A stretch of DNA of 64,000 bases from the NCBI GenBank assembly GCA_951406725.2, contig OX597823.1, forward strand, positions 108,252,001 through 108,316,000, written 5' to 3'. Source of the DNA: Octopus vulgaris. Its lineage: Eukaryota. This document shows, one piece after another, positions 25,802 to 41,264 of this stretch; position 1 is the stretch's first letter, and each line of letters starts with the position of its first letter. The notes below the pieces were generated by a model. That model ran no database searches, was not told the origin of the DNA, and saw only the letters and a list, made by a program, of their open reading frames with translations. The position numbers and the translations under genes are program-made.

Positions 25802-26436
25802 GATGGTGTTATTGATGTCAGTGTTGTTAGTGTTATGCTAGTGGTGTTGGCGTTGGTGTCAGTGCTATTGATATTGTTGTTGATATCAGTGTTATCGAGG
25901 CTGGTGTTGATCCTGGTGGTGATGGCGGTGGTGGTGGTGGCGGTGGTGGTGGTAGTTGTGATGGTGGCTGTAGTGATGGTGGTGGTAGTGGTGCTGGTGG
26001 TGGTGGTGGTAGTGGTGATGGTTGTGGTGGTAGTGGTGGTGGTGGTGGTGGTGGTGGTGGTAGTGGTGATGGTGGTGGCGGTGGTGGTGGTAGTGGCGGC
26101 AGCCGTGGTGGTAGTGGTGATGATGGTGGCGGCAGTGGTGGTAGTGGTGATGATGGTGGCGGTGGTGGCGGTGGCAGTGGCGGTGGTGGTGGTGGTGGTT
26201 GTAGTGGTGGTGGTGCTGGTGGTGGTGGTGTTGCTGGTACTGGTTCTTGTGTTATTGAAGTTAGTATTGACAAAGTTGGCACTATTGGCACTGGTGTTGG
26301 TGCTCACAGTACTGTTGTTGTTGTTGTTGCCGTTATTGTTACTTGTTGATGTAGATGGAATCATTTGCTGTTGATATTGGAACTGATGCTGTTGTAGCTG
26401 CTGTTGCTTGTTGCTGATGTTGATGCCGCTGCCATT
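25720..26436. repeat. (GGT)n/(GTT)n cryptic trinucleotide low-complexity tract
   Basis: Directly visible; open in several frames (poly-T, poly-P, poly-V). Confidence 0.85.
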
Positions 26437-27018
26437 TTTAAAAATAAAAAAAAAGTTTTATTATTGTAACAAAATGTTCTTACCAGAATTTCTTGCTGTT
26501 TGTTATTGTTCAGAGCAGCTGAGAAAAAACGTTGTGGAGAAGAGAAAACTTTAAAAGATTTACCATTTTCATATTTTAATATTTTTTACTTATAATCCTT
26601 TCATTTATTTCTGTTTATATTTTTTGTCATATTTCATATTTAAAAACAAAATTTTTACTTTCGTCTTTGAGAATTCCATATATTTCATTTTACCATTTCT
26701 TTATATTCTTCTTCTTCATCATCTGTCTTTTTATTTTTATTTTTTTCCCCTTCAAATTCTTTCTTCTTCTATTTCTTTGTCAATCTCCTTATTCACTTTT
26801 TATTCTTTTCCCATTTCAATTTTTGTATTCAATTCATTCTTTTTCTTCTTTTTTTTTTGCATTTTACCATTCCCTTTTTTCTTCTGGTATTTGTACATTA
26901 TTCTTCTTTCAGTTTTCTTTTTTCCACTTCATTCTTTTTCATTTCTTTTTGTTGTTACTTCTCTTGTCCAATATTTTTCATTTTACTGTATCTTTTTCTA
27001 ATATTCCTCAGTCTTTTA

Positions 27019-27232
27019 TGCCACCACCACCACCACCACCACCACCACCACCACCACCACCACCACCACCACCACCACCACCACAACAACAATTATTTGT
27101 TGTTGCTGTTGTTACTGTTATTGTTGCTGTTGTTGTTCTTTTTCTTCTTCTTCTTCTTCTTCTTCTTCTTCTTCTTCTTCTTCTTCTTCCTCCTCCTCCT
27201 CCTCCCGCTCTTCCTCCTTCTCTTCCTCCTCC
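27019..27232. repeat. Stacked (CCA)n, (GTT)n, (CTT)n and (CCT)n tracts
   Basis: Directly visible. Confidence 0.92.
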
Positions 27233-27380
27233 ACATCCAACATTCCCTCCTTTACAGGTCAAAGCTCCTTCATCAGAATGTGCTGTTCACATTTTTCTTA
27301 TATTAACAACACCAAAATTCTATCTTCCTTTTCATGTATCTCTTTTATTCTTTCCATTAGCTATTATTGTTGTTGTTGTC

Positions 27381-28492
<1,112 letters not shown>

Positions 28493-28548
28493 CATTCAAT
28501 TATTTACAAAGAAAAAACCCAAAATAAACAAACACACGCAAAAAAACA

Positions 28549-28587
28549 TCACTTAAAATATTTTCCTACTAGTTCTTCATTTGAAAC
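28549..28587 (-). CDS. Candidate terminal coding exon (VSNEELVGKYFK-stop)
   Basis: Acceptor gtttgtgttcag|GTT, phase 0, ends TGA; phase-compatible with 32704-32874. Confidence 0.35.
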   Translation of the reverse strand, partial: VSNEELVGKYFK

Positions 28588-29002
28588 CTGAACACAAACA
28601 CTATAAATGAAGTAAAATATGTTTTCATAAGTAAGATTATGGAAATTATTTTGGAAGAATTTGGAGAAGATATGTTCAAGAGAGAAATTCTGTTTGATAT
28701 TCTGAATATTTTTACCTTTGTTTGGTCTCTATATTATTTTTCCTGTATTATTCTATTTTACCTGCTAAAGTAAGCTGTGGTGTTGTGGCTGAATGGTTTA
28801 AGGTGTTCAACAGACTTGGGAATAGCACAACAGTTCAAACCTTGATCAAACCTATTGGGAGAGTTATTGTCGAAGAGACCTGTCTTTTTGGACAAGTAGT
28901 GTGTACTGTGTTGTGTGGAATACCATGTGAGCTGTGTAATATGCTGTGTAGTATGGTGTATATGTGTGGCAGGATATGTGATATATGACATATCACACAC
29001 AC

Positions 29003-29228
29003 GGTGAGCTGGCTGAAATATTAATGTGCTGGGCGAAATGCTTAGCCATATTTCGTCTGGCGTTATGTTCTGAGTTCAAATTCTGTGGAGGTCAACTTTG
29101 CTTTTCCTCCTTTCGGGGTCGATAAATTAAGTACCAGTTATGCACTGGAGTTGATGTAATCGACTTAATCCTTTGTCTGTCCTTGTTTGTCCCCTCCGTG
29201 TTTAACCCTTTGTGGGCAATAAAGAAAT
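29003..29228 (+). mobile_element. SINE family A copy
   Basis: Homology to 11298-11528; similar flanks atatatga(c/t)at..tcacacac. Confidence 0.88.
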
Positions 29229-29642
29229 ATATATGATATGTCTCACACACACACACATGTGCTATGTTTCATAGTAATAAATTCAGAGTATTCTACACTC
29301 TGAAGTAGAGCTTAAACAGTCTAACTTAATATACATGCTTGAACAGAGGCTCAAAATGAAATGAATGTGTGATTTTGCTTCATAGCTTCATGTCTCAAAG
29401 TTCAATCCAATGAGGAATCCTTCAGAGATGTGTCTTACACTATAGCTTCAGGCTTGTTAGTGGAGTTTGAAGAAGTCTGCCACAATGTGTGTGTGTGTGT
29501 GTGTGTATCATCATCATTTTAATATTTACATTTGTATGGTCACATGGGCCATACTGCCAATCCTATATTGGGGAGGCGACTATAGCTAATTTTAACAGTG
29601 TTGCTTTTGAAGACCTTATGGTATATGTATTAGTGTGGGAAG

Positions 29643-29669
<27 letters not shown>

Positions 29670-29673
<4 letters not shown>

Positions 29674-30413
29674 ATGATAATAATAATCTGTTTGTTCAAT
29701 TGTTAGAGAGGTGGAGGTGGGGTGAGTGAGAGGTGGAGTAAGAGTGAGGGAAGGAGAAAGGGTGGAGTGAAGAAAGAAGAGAGGAAGAAGTAGAGAGAAG
29801 TGAGTAATATTGATACACTTAGGCCAAATGGTCACGTGGTCAGCTGAAGCTGGAGGTGAAGAATGAGAGAAAAAGATGATGAGGGAAAAAGAGGGAAAGA
29901 GAAGTGTTAATGTGTGGTGGAGTGATTAAAATGTTAGCTGAAGGGAAAGCTGAAGCGAGAGAGAGAGAGAGAGAGGTGGATAACGGTGGCGGTCGTGGTG
30001 GGTTGTTAGTGTAAAGTATTTCTTTTTATTGAACTAATTTGTTTTTATTGTGACCATCACTTAAAGCATATGTATAAGTGCAATTATTTGTCATCTGCTT
30101 GCTTAAAAAATTGATACTTGTTTATAAGAGTTAAGTTAGCCTAAACTTTAGATTCACAAGAAACACAGTTGCAAGCTTCCCAAGAAAGGGTGCGCAGCTA
30201 TAGAGCATGGATCAGAGAGGAACGGTGAGAAAATATAATAAGAAGTGGAAAAAGACAAAACCAATGGAGACTTGAAGAAAGGAATGTAGATGAATGTCAG
30301 GAATATTTAAAGAAAGCTAAACTATGAATGCTATAAAAATGCAAATCATCCTCTCTTTCTTAAATAGGTCCTTCATTTTTTCCATTATGTGAAATTTCCA
30401 TGGGTCCCACTAG
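29670..30413 (+). mobile_element. Possible non-autonomous Helitron-like element
   Basis: Starts ataat..aatctgtttgtt and ends tgggtcccaCTAG|t; internal purine-rich filler; decayed. Confidence 0.45.
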
Positions 30414-30744
30414 TATATATATATATGTATAAGGGTAAATTTTTAATTCATTAATCATTCAAATCAAGCTTATGAATTCATGGGACCTTTCATTCACTAC
30501 GGCTGTTTTGACCCATCGTGAGATGTTTGGGCGACTTTTTAAAAGGTGCCTTGTTTTCTAGTAATTGTTTTACTTATTTCTATAATAATACATTTTGGTA
30601 ATTGTAATGTACTATGTGCTCCATCTCAAGCTAATATATGATGAAGAATTTTTCTCATGTAAGAAAATTTACTTATGTGTGCATCACTAGACATCCCTCA
30701 AGTTGCTATGACCAGGGTTTGTTTGACCTTGAAATATCAGTTAA

Positions 30745-30902
30745 CCCTTTTGGTACCAACCTGGCTGAAACCGGCTCTGGCTCTGAGTACAAATGTATTG
30801 TTTTCATAAGTTTTGAATTAGAATCTTCCACCAAACATTAGTCACAATTTATGTTCCTAACACTACACAGAGCATCTCAAAATAAATACAGTAACGAAAG
30901 GG
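30745..30902. mobile_element. piggyBac-type MITE (158 bp)
   Basis: TTAA|cccttttggtac ... gtaacgaaaggg|TTAA. Confidence 0.88.
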
Positions 30903-30928
30903 TTAAGATGTTAATATCATTGCATTAA

Positions 30929-31159
30929 GGTGACGAGCTGGCAGAATCGTTAGCACGCCTGGCGAAATGCGTAGCCGTATTTCGTCTGCCGTTACGTTGC
31001 GAGTTCAAATTCCGCCGAGGTCGACTTTGCCTTTCATCCTTTCGGGGTCGGTAAATTAAGTACCAGTTACGCACTGGGGTCGATGTAATCGACTTAATCC
31101 ATTTGTCTGTCCTTGTTTGACCCCTCTATACTTAGCCCCTTGTGGGCAATAAAGAAATA
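30929..31159 (+). mobile_element. Young full-length SINE family A with perfect 16-bp target-site duplication (TSD)
   Basis: aatatcattgcattaa at 30913-30928 and 31160-31175. Confidence 0.95.
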
Positions 31160-31309
31160 AATATCATTGCATTAACCATGACCTGCCAAACTTTTCCCAG
31201 TACCTGAAAACAACACCATTAAATGATTTGTTATCAGTGGTCTAATGCCTATCCAGAGACCTAAATCCATTCCAGGTTTTCGGAAGAGTGGGGAAACAAA
31301 GTTTTACCA

Positions 31310-31440
31310 CTGCATGTTATCTATGAATGGATAAAAATTTTCAAATATGGTTCCATTAATGTCACATGTTGAGAAGGAAGTGGATGCCTGACCACCTCCT
31401 GCGCCAATAAAACCTGTGACATGGTTCTGTGACAACTTAA
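31310..31440 (+). mobile_element. Mariner transposase N-terminal remnant
   Basis: IYEWIKIFKYGSINVT..EGSGCLTT resembles the mariner HTH to SGRP region. Confidence 0.5.
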
Positions 31441-32532
31441 TTGATGTTTCAAATTGAAATGTGCACCTTAGTGACTAAAGGGAGATGCATCTAACGATGC
31501 ATGCACACATAATTTCCCCATCAATAGGACAAAAAATCATGGTAAATGCATCATAGATAATTAATGACTCACCTTCATATGTGTGCATGTATGTGTATGT
31601 ATGTATGTATGTGTGTATGTGCACACACACACATACACACACATACACACACTTATAGCTAGCTTTTTTTTTTGTTCTAAGCTTAGGAAAATATTATCTA
31701 TTGCAGAATTTTTGTTTAACGTAACAGAGATGTGTAAAATGATAATGTTGATAATGTTTATGTATATATATCATGGCTTATGAAAACTCACACATACACA
31801 CACAGTCAAAAACATATCTATAGACAGATATTCAAAAATTTTGTATTTGTTTATAATTTGTTTTATATCAGTCATCCACCTCTTCCTCGCACACCTCTAC
31901 TCCTCCTCAGCCTCTTCCTCCTCCACCTCTTTCTCTTCTTCTACCTCCACCTTCTTCTTCTTCTTCTTCTTCCTCTTCTCCTTCTTCTCCTTCTCCTTCT
32001 TCTTTACATGCGTATGTGTGTTGATATTAGCCTGTGAATAAATACATATACATGTAAGTATGAATCATATACATACATACATACATACACACATATATAT
32101 ATATATACATATATTTATACATGTAACTATATAAGCATGTTTGTGTGTGTATATATACATGTTTAATGCTTATATTTTAATTAATATCTCTAACATATCT
32201 TCTTGCATCCATCTCCTTCAGTCTCTCTCTGTCCTTCTCAAAAACACACACACACACACACACACTCCTACACATACAAACACATAGAATGCATAGAGCA
32301 ACATACATAAGTTCGAAGTTACACACACATATATTTGTCTGCAACATCAATTCAGAACCATTAGACAAATTTTTTAATACAATTTTGTTCATACGCATAC
32401 ATATCTACACACACACACACACACTTACACACAAACACACACGCGCACACAAACAAACACACACATACCCACATACATATACATATATATTTATCTCTAT
32501 TATAATGCATATGTGTGTATGTATACACACAC

Positions 32533-32646
<114 letters not shown>

Positions 32647-32703
32647 TATATATATATATATATATTTATTTTATTTTAACCTATTTTTAGCAAAGCAAAT
32701 TAC

Positions 32704-32874
32704 TTGTACCACCACCATTGTAGATGCACCCATTGCAGTTTTAATGACTTCGTATTTAGACACAACTTCTTTGAAGCTAAACACATGAGACATTTTGAGG
32801 TGTTTGATTTCTATGAGGAATTGTATGGCTGTTTTCATCTCCCTTTGAACAACTTCAACAATAGCACTACACTC
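32704..32874 (-). CDS. Candidate internal exon, 57 aa (ECSAIVEVVQREMKTAIQFLIEIKHLKMSHVFSFKEVVSKYEVIKTAMGASTMVVVQ)
   Basis: ttacag|GAG ... CAA|gtaatt, 171 bp, only one minus frame open. The in-register plus frame is also open behind a good acceptor at 32690, so strand is ambiguous. Confidence 0.4.
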
Positions 32875-33309
32875 CTGTAATTTGATAATTACTCAGTACC
32901 ATATGATGAGAGCTGGAACAGGATGTGATGAACATTATGATTATAACATAAACTTCAAACATTGTTTTATAAAATACATGCCATATGTTTAAATGACAGT
33001 GATACTATGTTTATAAATAGTGCAGAAATGTGAAGTGGATGGAAATGATGAAGACTTTTATTCATTGGATATTCTGAATATATACCGTGAATAAACACAT
33101 TTGTAAAGACACAGATGTATGTATATATACACACACATGCAGACATAGAGTTGTTAATTTAAATAGCACAATGCAAAAGAGAAAAAACAAAAAAACAGTG
33201 AATAAATTTAAAACTTGAGAACATCTGGTTAACCAGCATCAAATAAATATCTCACACATCACAAAAATCAAGTAACATGCTCTAGACTAGCTTGCTGGTG
33301 CTGTTTGTT

Positions 33310-33678
33310 TGTTTGTTTGTTGAGTGAAGTGGTCTTTGTCCCAGTGGGGGAAGTCCGAAATGTGGTCCTTTGCTATTGTTAAGATCCGCAGAAGAGAAAG
33401 CAGGTCAACCCCCGACACCGAGAGCGTCGACGGATGGATGAATGAGCATCCAGGCTCAGCGGTTGCGTAGGAAGTCGGGGACAAGAAATAGGAAGAAAGA
33501 GTGAGAGAAAGTTGGAGCGAAAGAGTACAACAGGGGTCGCTACCACCCCCTGCCGGAGCCTCGTGGAGCTTTAGATGTTTTTGCTCAATAAACACACATA
33601 AGGCCCGGTCTGGGAATTGAAACCACGATCCTCCGACCGCAAGTCCACTGCCCTAACCACTGGGCCATTGCGCTTCCT
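33310..33678 (-). mobile_element. tRNA-headed SINE family D
   Basis: Reverse complement homolog of 24292-24650. Confidence 0.88.
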
Positions 33679-35049
33679 ACTGGTGCTGTCTCAAGTTTGT
33701 GTGCTAGAATTATAAGCTTCTGACTTTAGTTTCTCAATATCCCTCTTGCTAACTTCCAAATGTGATTGACTGCATGCATTTGTGTAAATGCTTGATTTCA
33801 TGTACAAGTAATAATTACTGCTTGTGCTTTGCTAAAAGAATCAATAACAATTTAGCTCAACTGTAAATACCTACAGAGATCGTTATAGGATTTTCTATTG
33901 AATTGTAATAAATTGCAAACAGCTATATTTATTTAACTAAATTTATTAAATAATTATGTCTTAATTATTCTGGGTGGTCTGTACTTGCATAACACAGCTT
34001 AAATTATATATCCTAGTAAATCTGTATTACAGTTAATTTATAATTCTAAATTGGAGTTCATTTTGTAATTCTGTGGCTTCGTAATTCTCTAGTTCAGTAA
34101 TATTTAATTCTGTAGTTTGGTAATCCCGTAGTTTTGTAATCTCTAATTCTATTGTTTGGTAATTCTGTTTATTTTATAATCTGTAATTTTGTATTTCTAT
34201 TGTTCTGTATTTTTATTATTTTATAATTTTGCAATTCTCTAATTATTCGTATAGTTGCATATTTCTATGCTTCATTAAATCCACAATACTAAAGTTCTGC
34301 TATTCAGTGATACCATTCTTCTGTTATTCTGTGATTCTATTCTATTCTATGGGCATTTATAGTTCTTCAGGTCATGAGTTCTACAGAAATATATTTGTAG
34401 TTTTTCATTCCAATCGCTTTACCATTATCACATTATCATGTAACTAATATCCTGTTTTCAGTTTAGATAAAGTTTAACAGCATCTCTTCTTTTTAAGCTT
34501 AAACTTATCAGAAAGATAACTTCGAGAAGAGCTTATTACATACAGTTTATTGAAGACACTAGTTATTGTGCTGCTTATTTTCATATAGGATAAAATCTAG
34601 AATACAAGAAAACTGGCGAGAATTTGTATTGGTGATAATAATAATAATTAACACAAAGTGGAGTTTCTTGAGTAATAACGACATAAGTTGCTGTTATTGT
34701 TTAGCTCCAGGTTACCCCTTGTTTTTCTTTTGTCCAGGGAACCTAGGACTGTATTATCTATTGTTAGTTTTTGTAAGAGGGTGTTATTTAAAGGAGATTT
34801 GGTTGTTATTTCTAATAGATTAAGTAACGTTATAGAAACTCCCTTGCTGACTCAGATAAATTCATTTGCAGCGGAGAAGAAAAAAGACTAACATTTTGGG
34901 TTGCAGGCCATTCAAGAATTTTCCTATACCCAGCTGAAAGTGCTGGTGTCTTGCAATGTCAGTTTCTTCCGGTCCTTATGACAACCGATCTTTGGCAGAT
35001 TCAATAAATTTTTCTTTGAATTTACGAATTATCTTAAATCCCACAGCAC

Positions 35050-35645
35050 TAATTGCATTATTAGAGACAACAGACATAATTATCATACAATTATTATGCA
35101 ATTAATCCCACAACACTAATTACATACGGTGTAATTATCATACAATTATCATATAATTAATTCTATGGCACAAATGAGTATACTAATCAAGTGGTTCAAA
35201 TGACACAGATTTATAACGATCAGGCATTATCATACAGTTAATCTTGTGGCACAAACAACATTTTAAATGACACCATTAAATATGTACTTAGCATAAAGTT
35301 ATCAGACAATTAATACTGCAGCATTAATGACTTTCAGAAGACAACACCAGATTAAATAATTATCATATAATTATACAATTAATCTTGTAGCGCTAACAAC
35401 ACAATGAAATGAAACCATTAAATATATAATTATCATACAAGCATCAGACAATTAATTCTGTAGCACTAATAACTATGTAAAGACAACATCATACATAATT
35501 ATCATATAATTATCATACACTAATGACATTGTAAAGACAACATCAGACATAATTATCATATAATTATCATACACTAATGACATTGTAAAGACAACATCAG
35601 ACATAATTATGATATATATATCATACAATTAATATTGTAGCATTC
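35050..35645. repeat. AT-rich minisatellite, ~54-bp unit, degenerate on the left
   Basis: gtaaagacaacatcagacataattatcatataattatcatacactaatgacatt is near-exactly repeated at 35477-35610. Confidence 0.8.
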
Positions 35646-35764
35646 TCTTCTCATTAATGATATAGTGTTTCACAAGCAAATGACAACAGAATAATTGTTG
35701 TATTGAACAACAACAGCAACAACAAAAAGATGGTTTCAATAACAACTACATTACAGGTATTGTT

Positions 35765-36075
35765 GGGGCAAAGGGTTGACCATGGGATTGCATCTAGGGA
35801 GTTCCCCTTCGAGACACAAGCCTGGGCAAGTTTGGTTGTGGAAGACCAGTCTCTCCTTTCCATGCCACTGATGTTGTCCAAGGGAAAGGCAAAGGGGCTG
35901 ATACAGCTTGGCACCAGTGACATCACAACTCATTTCTACAGCTGAGTGAATTGGAGCAATGGGAAATAAAGTGTCTTGCTCAAGGACACAACACACAACC
36001 CAGTCTGGGAATCAAACTCACTACTTCGTGATTGTAAACCCAACACTCTAACCACTGCCCCATGTGCCTTCACAT
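35765..36075 (-). mobile_element. tRNA-headed SINE, family C-related head with different tail
   Basis: Shares cagctgagtg..ggagcaa..gaaataaagtgtcttgctc with 14613, 41560 and 58540. Confidence 0.75.
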
Positions 36076-36386
36076 GTTGGGGTAACATTTCTATAAATCC
36101 TACTGCTGTTGTTGCTGCTATTTAACCCAGGGTCAGCCTTGATTGAGCACACCTATGAACAAATATATTCCAGCCGTGACTATCCTGTATTTGAAGGGAA
36201 TATCAGGTATATATTATCTAACCTGTCCTTTTCTTTCCTTTCTAAAGGTAGTAAGATGTTATCTGAGTGAGATTTACCTCCAATTTCAAATAATTCAGGT
36301 AACTGCTTATATGGACCTTGGTGATCCATTTTTTACAAATGGTTTGTAAACTTAGTATTATAGAACTTTGCTATTTGTTAATAATA

Positions 36387-36750
36387 TCTCTCTCTATATA
36401 AACGGCAGTTTGTCTGTGTGTGTTTCTGTGTGTCTGTTTGCTTGTACCCTCACCCTGACCACGGCTTTCAACCGATTCTGATGAAACTTGACACACACAT
36501 AGCCCAATGTCATAATTCAAAACTAACGCAGCGAAAATTTTGAAAAGTTCCCCCAGTTCTGAAAAAAATCGATAAATTCGACATGGGGTCGAGAATGAGA
36601 AACACAAACCACAAACTGTCTAGGGGACGCAACTCCACTTTTTGTAAATCTCAAAAAAAAATTTACCATCATTTTTTGGCTATAACTCTCTAAAAATGCT
36701 TTATAGTTATTTCCCTTACAAACCTGAGCAACGCCGGGCGATACTGCTAG
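36387..36750 (+). mobile_element. Non-autonomous Helitron
   Basis: A|TC 5' end, subterminal cctgagcaacgccggg hairpin-like motif, CTAG|T 3' end, no TSD. Confidence 0.82.
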
Positions 36751-36994
36751 TACCTTATAAGATAGTCATAAAAGGAGAGGCAATGCCTATGACTTCTGTA
36801 GGAAAATATGGGAAGCAGGAAAAAAACTAGTTGCCTTGTCTAAATACTTTTAGCTCAGCAAACTTCATCAAAGGAGAGATGACAGTTTTACACTGGATGG
36901 AAGTAGTTAATACTCTTGTAATATTAGAAATATATATTTGCTTACTAAACTCAAATGTCCTGCTGATCACACATATACTTTTTTCTTTTATTCT

Positions 36995-37399
36995 TTTATT
37001 CTTTTACTTGTTTCAGTCATTTGACTGCGGCCATGCTGGAGCACCGCCTTTTAATCGAGCAACTCGATCCCGGGACTTATTCTTTCGTAAGCCCAGTACT
37101 TATTCTATCGGCCTTTTTTGCCAAACCGCTAAGTAACGGGGACATAAACACACCAGCATCGGTTGTCAAGCAATGCTAGGGGGACAAACACAGACACACA
37201 AACGCACACACGCATATATATACATATACATATATACGACAGGCTTCTTTCAGTTTCCGTCTACCAAATCCACTCACAAGGCTTTGGTCGGCCCGAGGCT
37301 ATAGTAGAAGACACTTGCCCAAGGTGCCACGCAGTGGGAATGAACCCGGAACCATGTGGTTGGTAAACAAGCTACTACCATACAGCCACTCCTGCGCCT
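36995..37399 (-). mobile_element. Full-length tRNA-headed SINE family B (CORE-like segment, internal microsatellite)
   Basis: Head aggcgcaggagtggctgtatgg, ccttgggcaagtgtctt, tail (AAAAG)-like; copies at 37605, 53017, 56452 and 61491. Confidence 0.92.
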
Positions 37400-37604
37400 C
37401 ATATATCTAGTATATCATATATACTACTGGCCTCATACACCCTACTGAACATACATGTCTTATTAATAAAGCTATTTCTCACATATGTCCTATTTGACTC
37501 ATGTCCTGTTGACTTCATACATCTTATTTACTATGCATGAACCTGTTACCAGATATGGCCTGTTTATCATACTAATTCATTTTCTGTTAATATTTACTCT
37601 TTTA

Positions 37605-37813
37605 ATCTTTTACTTGTTTCAGTCATTTGACTGTGGCCATGCTGGAGCACCGCCTTTAGTCAAGCAGATCGACCCTATGACTTATTCTTTGTAAGCCTAG
37701 TACTTCTATCGGTCTCTTTTGCTGAACCACTAAGTTATGTACACACACCAGCATCGGTTGTCAAGCGATGTTGAGGGGGACTAACACAGACACACAAACG
37801 TATACACACGCAC

Positions 37814-37856
<43 letters not shown>

Positions 37857-37985
37857 CATACACACAGTTTCTGTCTACCAAATCCACTCACAGGAATTTG
37901 GTCAGGCCGAGACTATGGTAGGAGACACATGCCCAAGGTGCCACACAGTGGGACTGAACCCGGAACCATGTGGTTGGTAAGCATT
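37605..37985 (-). mobile_element. SINE family B copy
   Basis: Homology to 36995-37399. Confidence 0.9.
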
Positions 37986-38545
37986 TTATTTATGTTCCAT
38001 TGACAACACATACTATTTCCATGCACATCATATTTACTACACATTTGCAGTAAAACTACCACATGTCACATGTCCTATTACTCACATGGCCTATTTATCA
38101 CACATATTCTATTGAGAACACATGAACTACTTACCACAAATATCTTGTTACACATGTTCAATTGGATAACATGTACTATTTACTACACATGGTGTAAATG
38201 TACCACATGTACTATATGCTACACATGCTATTCATCACACATGTTCTATTGATAGCACATGTCCTCCTTTCAGTTCATGTCCTATTTACTCCACATGCCC
38301 TATTTATCCCATGTATCCTTTTTACAATATATCTCCTACTAAACACATATGCTCAATTACTATATCTGTCCTATTTGCCATATGCCCTATTTACCTAACA
38401 ACTATATACAATATTCTATTTACAATACACCTCTTACTAAGTTAGATTCTCCAAATTGTTTTCTATTTGCTCACCTTTTCTTATTCTTTTAAAGAATTGT
38501 TGCAAAATACAATACTTCAGTTGTAAGACCTCACTCACACCTTCA

Positions 38546-38581
<36 letters not shown>

Positions 38582-39095
38582 GACTCTATCCTTACTTCTC
38601 TCTTTTCTCTATCAATCTATCTCTCTATTTATCTCTGCCTGCCTCTCTTGCTCATCTATCCATCTAACTATTTATGTAATCTTTTTTGAAGGTGTAGAAA
38701 TAAAATAAATAAGAAATGAAATACCCTACATTCATACATAAATATCAAGCATTCACACATATATATGTATGCATATATATATATATATGTGTGTGTGTAT
38801 ATACACTCACACACACATATAGACATATATACACATACACACACACATATATACACACACACAGATGCATGCATACATTATATTCATATATACATACAGA
38901 CAATTTAAATAAATCTCAACTATATACACACATACACACACATACATACACACATATATATGCACACACTCACATATATACATACCTGGTGACACATAAG
39001 TCTTTCAAGAGAGTGTAGATAAAAAAGCTGTTAAATGCTGCTTTACTAATGGGACTTCATAAGTGTGCGTATGTATCAATTTAAGCATGAATATA

Positions 39096-39136
<41 letters not shown>

Positions 39137-41027
39137 TAATTGTAGGTATGTGTGTGTACACACACACACACACATACAAATATACATATTTGTATGTGCT
39201 TTTATTCATGTGGTTTTCTCTCTCCTTTTCTCTTTCTTCCTTTTTGTATCTACATACAAATATTCATACATACATATATATATTTTCATAAAAGCAAAAA
39301 AAAAAAGATGAAAATAAAACAAAGAGACCATTAAACAAACAGACAAAAATAATAAAATAAATCAAAGCTATAAAAACACACACAAAAACATTAAAACAAA
39401 AAAAGAAAATCAGAAAACAAAACAAAAATACAAGAACACAATGTAACAAGAACACTCAAGTGTGATGAAGAAGTTAAGATTCCAAGTTTTTTAAAACTGA
39501 CAAGAATACATGTTAGGAAAACAGCTGATAGAGTCTGGAAAGAGCCTCGAGTAGCAGTGTGTTGCAACAGTTAACAGACTTCTCCAGTTACATAGAATTA
39601 TCTAGAAACAAATACCATTTGGAGGAGTTGAATAGCGAAATAAATAAAATGCAAGATATAAATAAATAATATAATACGAGAAATAATTAAATAAATAAAT
39701 AGATAATATAATAAAGAAATAAAGAAACAGAGAGATAAATAGATTCTGTCTCCATATTTTTTATGCTTTTCTTTTGTCTTTTTTTAACTCTCTGCCACTG
39801 TTAGATTACGCACACATACACACACACACATATGTGCTACTTTGTATAACTTTATATATTCATATATATAATAATATATATATGTACATATACTTGTGCA
39901 TGTGTGTGTGTGTATGGTATCAGGTGAGTATATATTTTTATAAATAACTGACTACTACAAACATGAGTTTTGTGCCCAAAGAAGCAATTGATTATATATA
40001 TATGTATATATATTTTATATTATATATATATATATAACTTCTTTATATTTTCATTTGTCTCTGCATCTTAGCTATACTTAAATATAACCATTCTAAACCC
40101 AATTATTTTTCCCACTTTTATTGAGCTCTTTGCTAAATGCTTTGTCTAAAAGAAATATTTTCATTGTGATAGTGCATTTCTTATTTATTAAAATAGCAAA
40201 TTTATGTAATTTTATTTTAAATTTTTAACGTATATTTTGGTATGCAGAATACTTATTGCAAAGTATTTTCAAGCTGTGTGTATTTCTATCTTCGATATTA
40301 TGAAAATAGAAATATGAATAATATTGGAAAAGGGAAAAACTGAAATTTTGATATTTTGGAATTTCAGTAATTTGATTCAGTAAGTCTGTGATTTTATTCC
40401 TGAGTGTATATAACTAAACATTAAATTTGAGATAAGACTGTGCATCTCAAACTTACTTCAGAAGAGATTCTACTATGCAAATTTTGGTCTTTACCATATT
40501 GAAAGATTATTCTTCTAAATGGTTACACAATGAAAGTTATTAAGATGTTAATCAACATATTTAAAAAGTTAAATATATAAGTCACAGCTGATTGAAATCT
40601 AAATAAAGTTGATTTCTGAGGTGCATCTCTAAGTATTAGCAACTATTGACCCTGTAACAAACCTTACAAGGAATTGAAGTATATCAATATAGATTCCAAC
40701 CATTCATCATGCTCCTTAGATACATGCTTACACTGTCCATTATTATGATGACACACTACAAGACAACTTCAAACATAGAATACATTATACTAACATACAA
40801 ACAGCACTAATTCTTGAAATCACAAAATGGAAATTAAAACACATGATACAATATTTTACATAGTTTAAATGTTTGTCCCAGTGTTGTAAGCATTTTCTGA
40901 AACTTAAATAAGTATTTCTCTGCAGATCATAAATTTCAGAAATTCTTTAACAGAAATTGGATTAAGGTAAACTACAACTGTGCCAAAGCGTTTATACTAC
41001 CATAACTATTATAAACACACAGACACA

Positions 41028-41114
<87 letters not shown>

Positions 41115-41264
41115 TTTCCATATTATTTGCAGGGCTCTGCTGCAAATAACAGTGAAGCAAAAAACTATATAAAGATTTTTGCAACATATATACATAGAGA
41201 CACCCAGAAATGTGCCTCACTGCATCATTATCCAAATATATCTTTAAGTTACCAAATTTTGATT

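Noticed and set aside
25678-26374. Mucin-like poly-Thr or formin-like poly-Pro protein
   Set aside because: Open in several frames on both strands because of (GGT)n composition; the upstream ATG frame closes quickly and no flanking domain is visible
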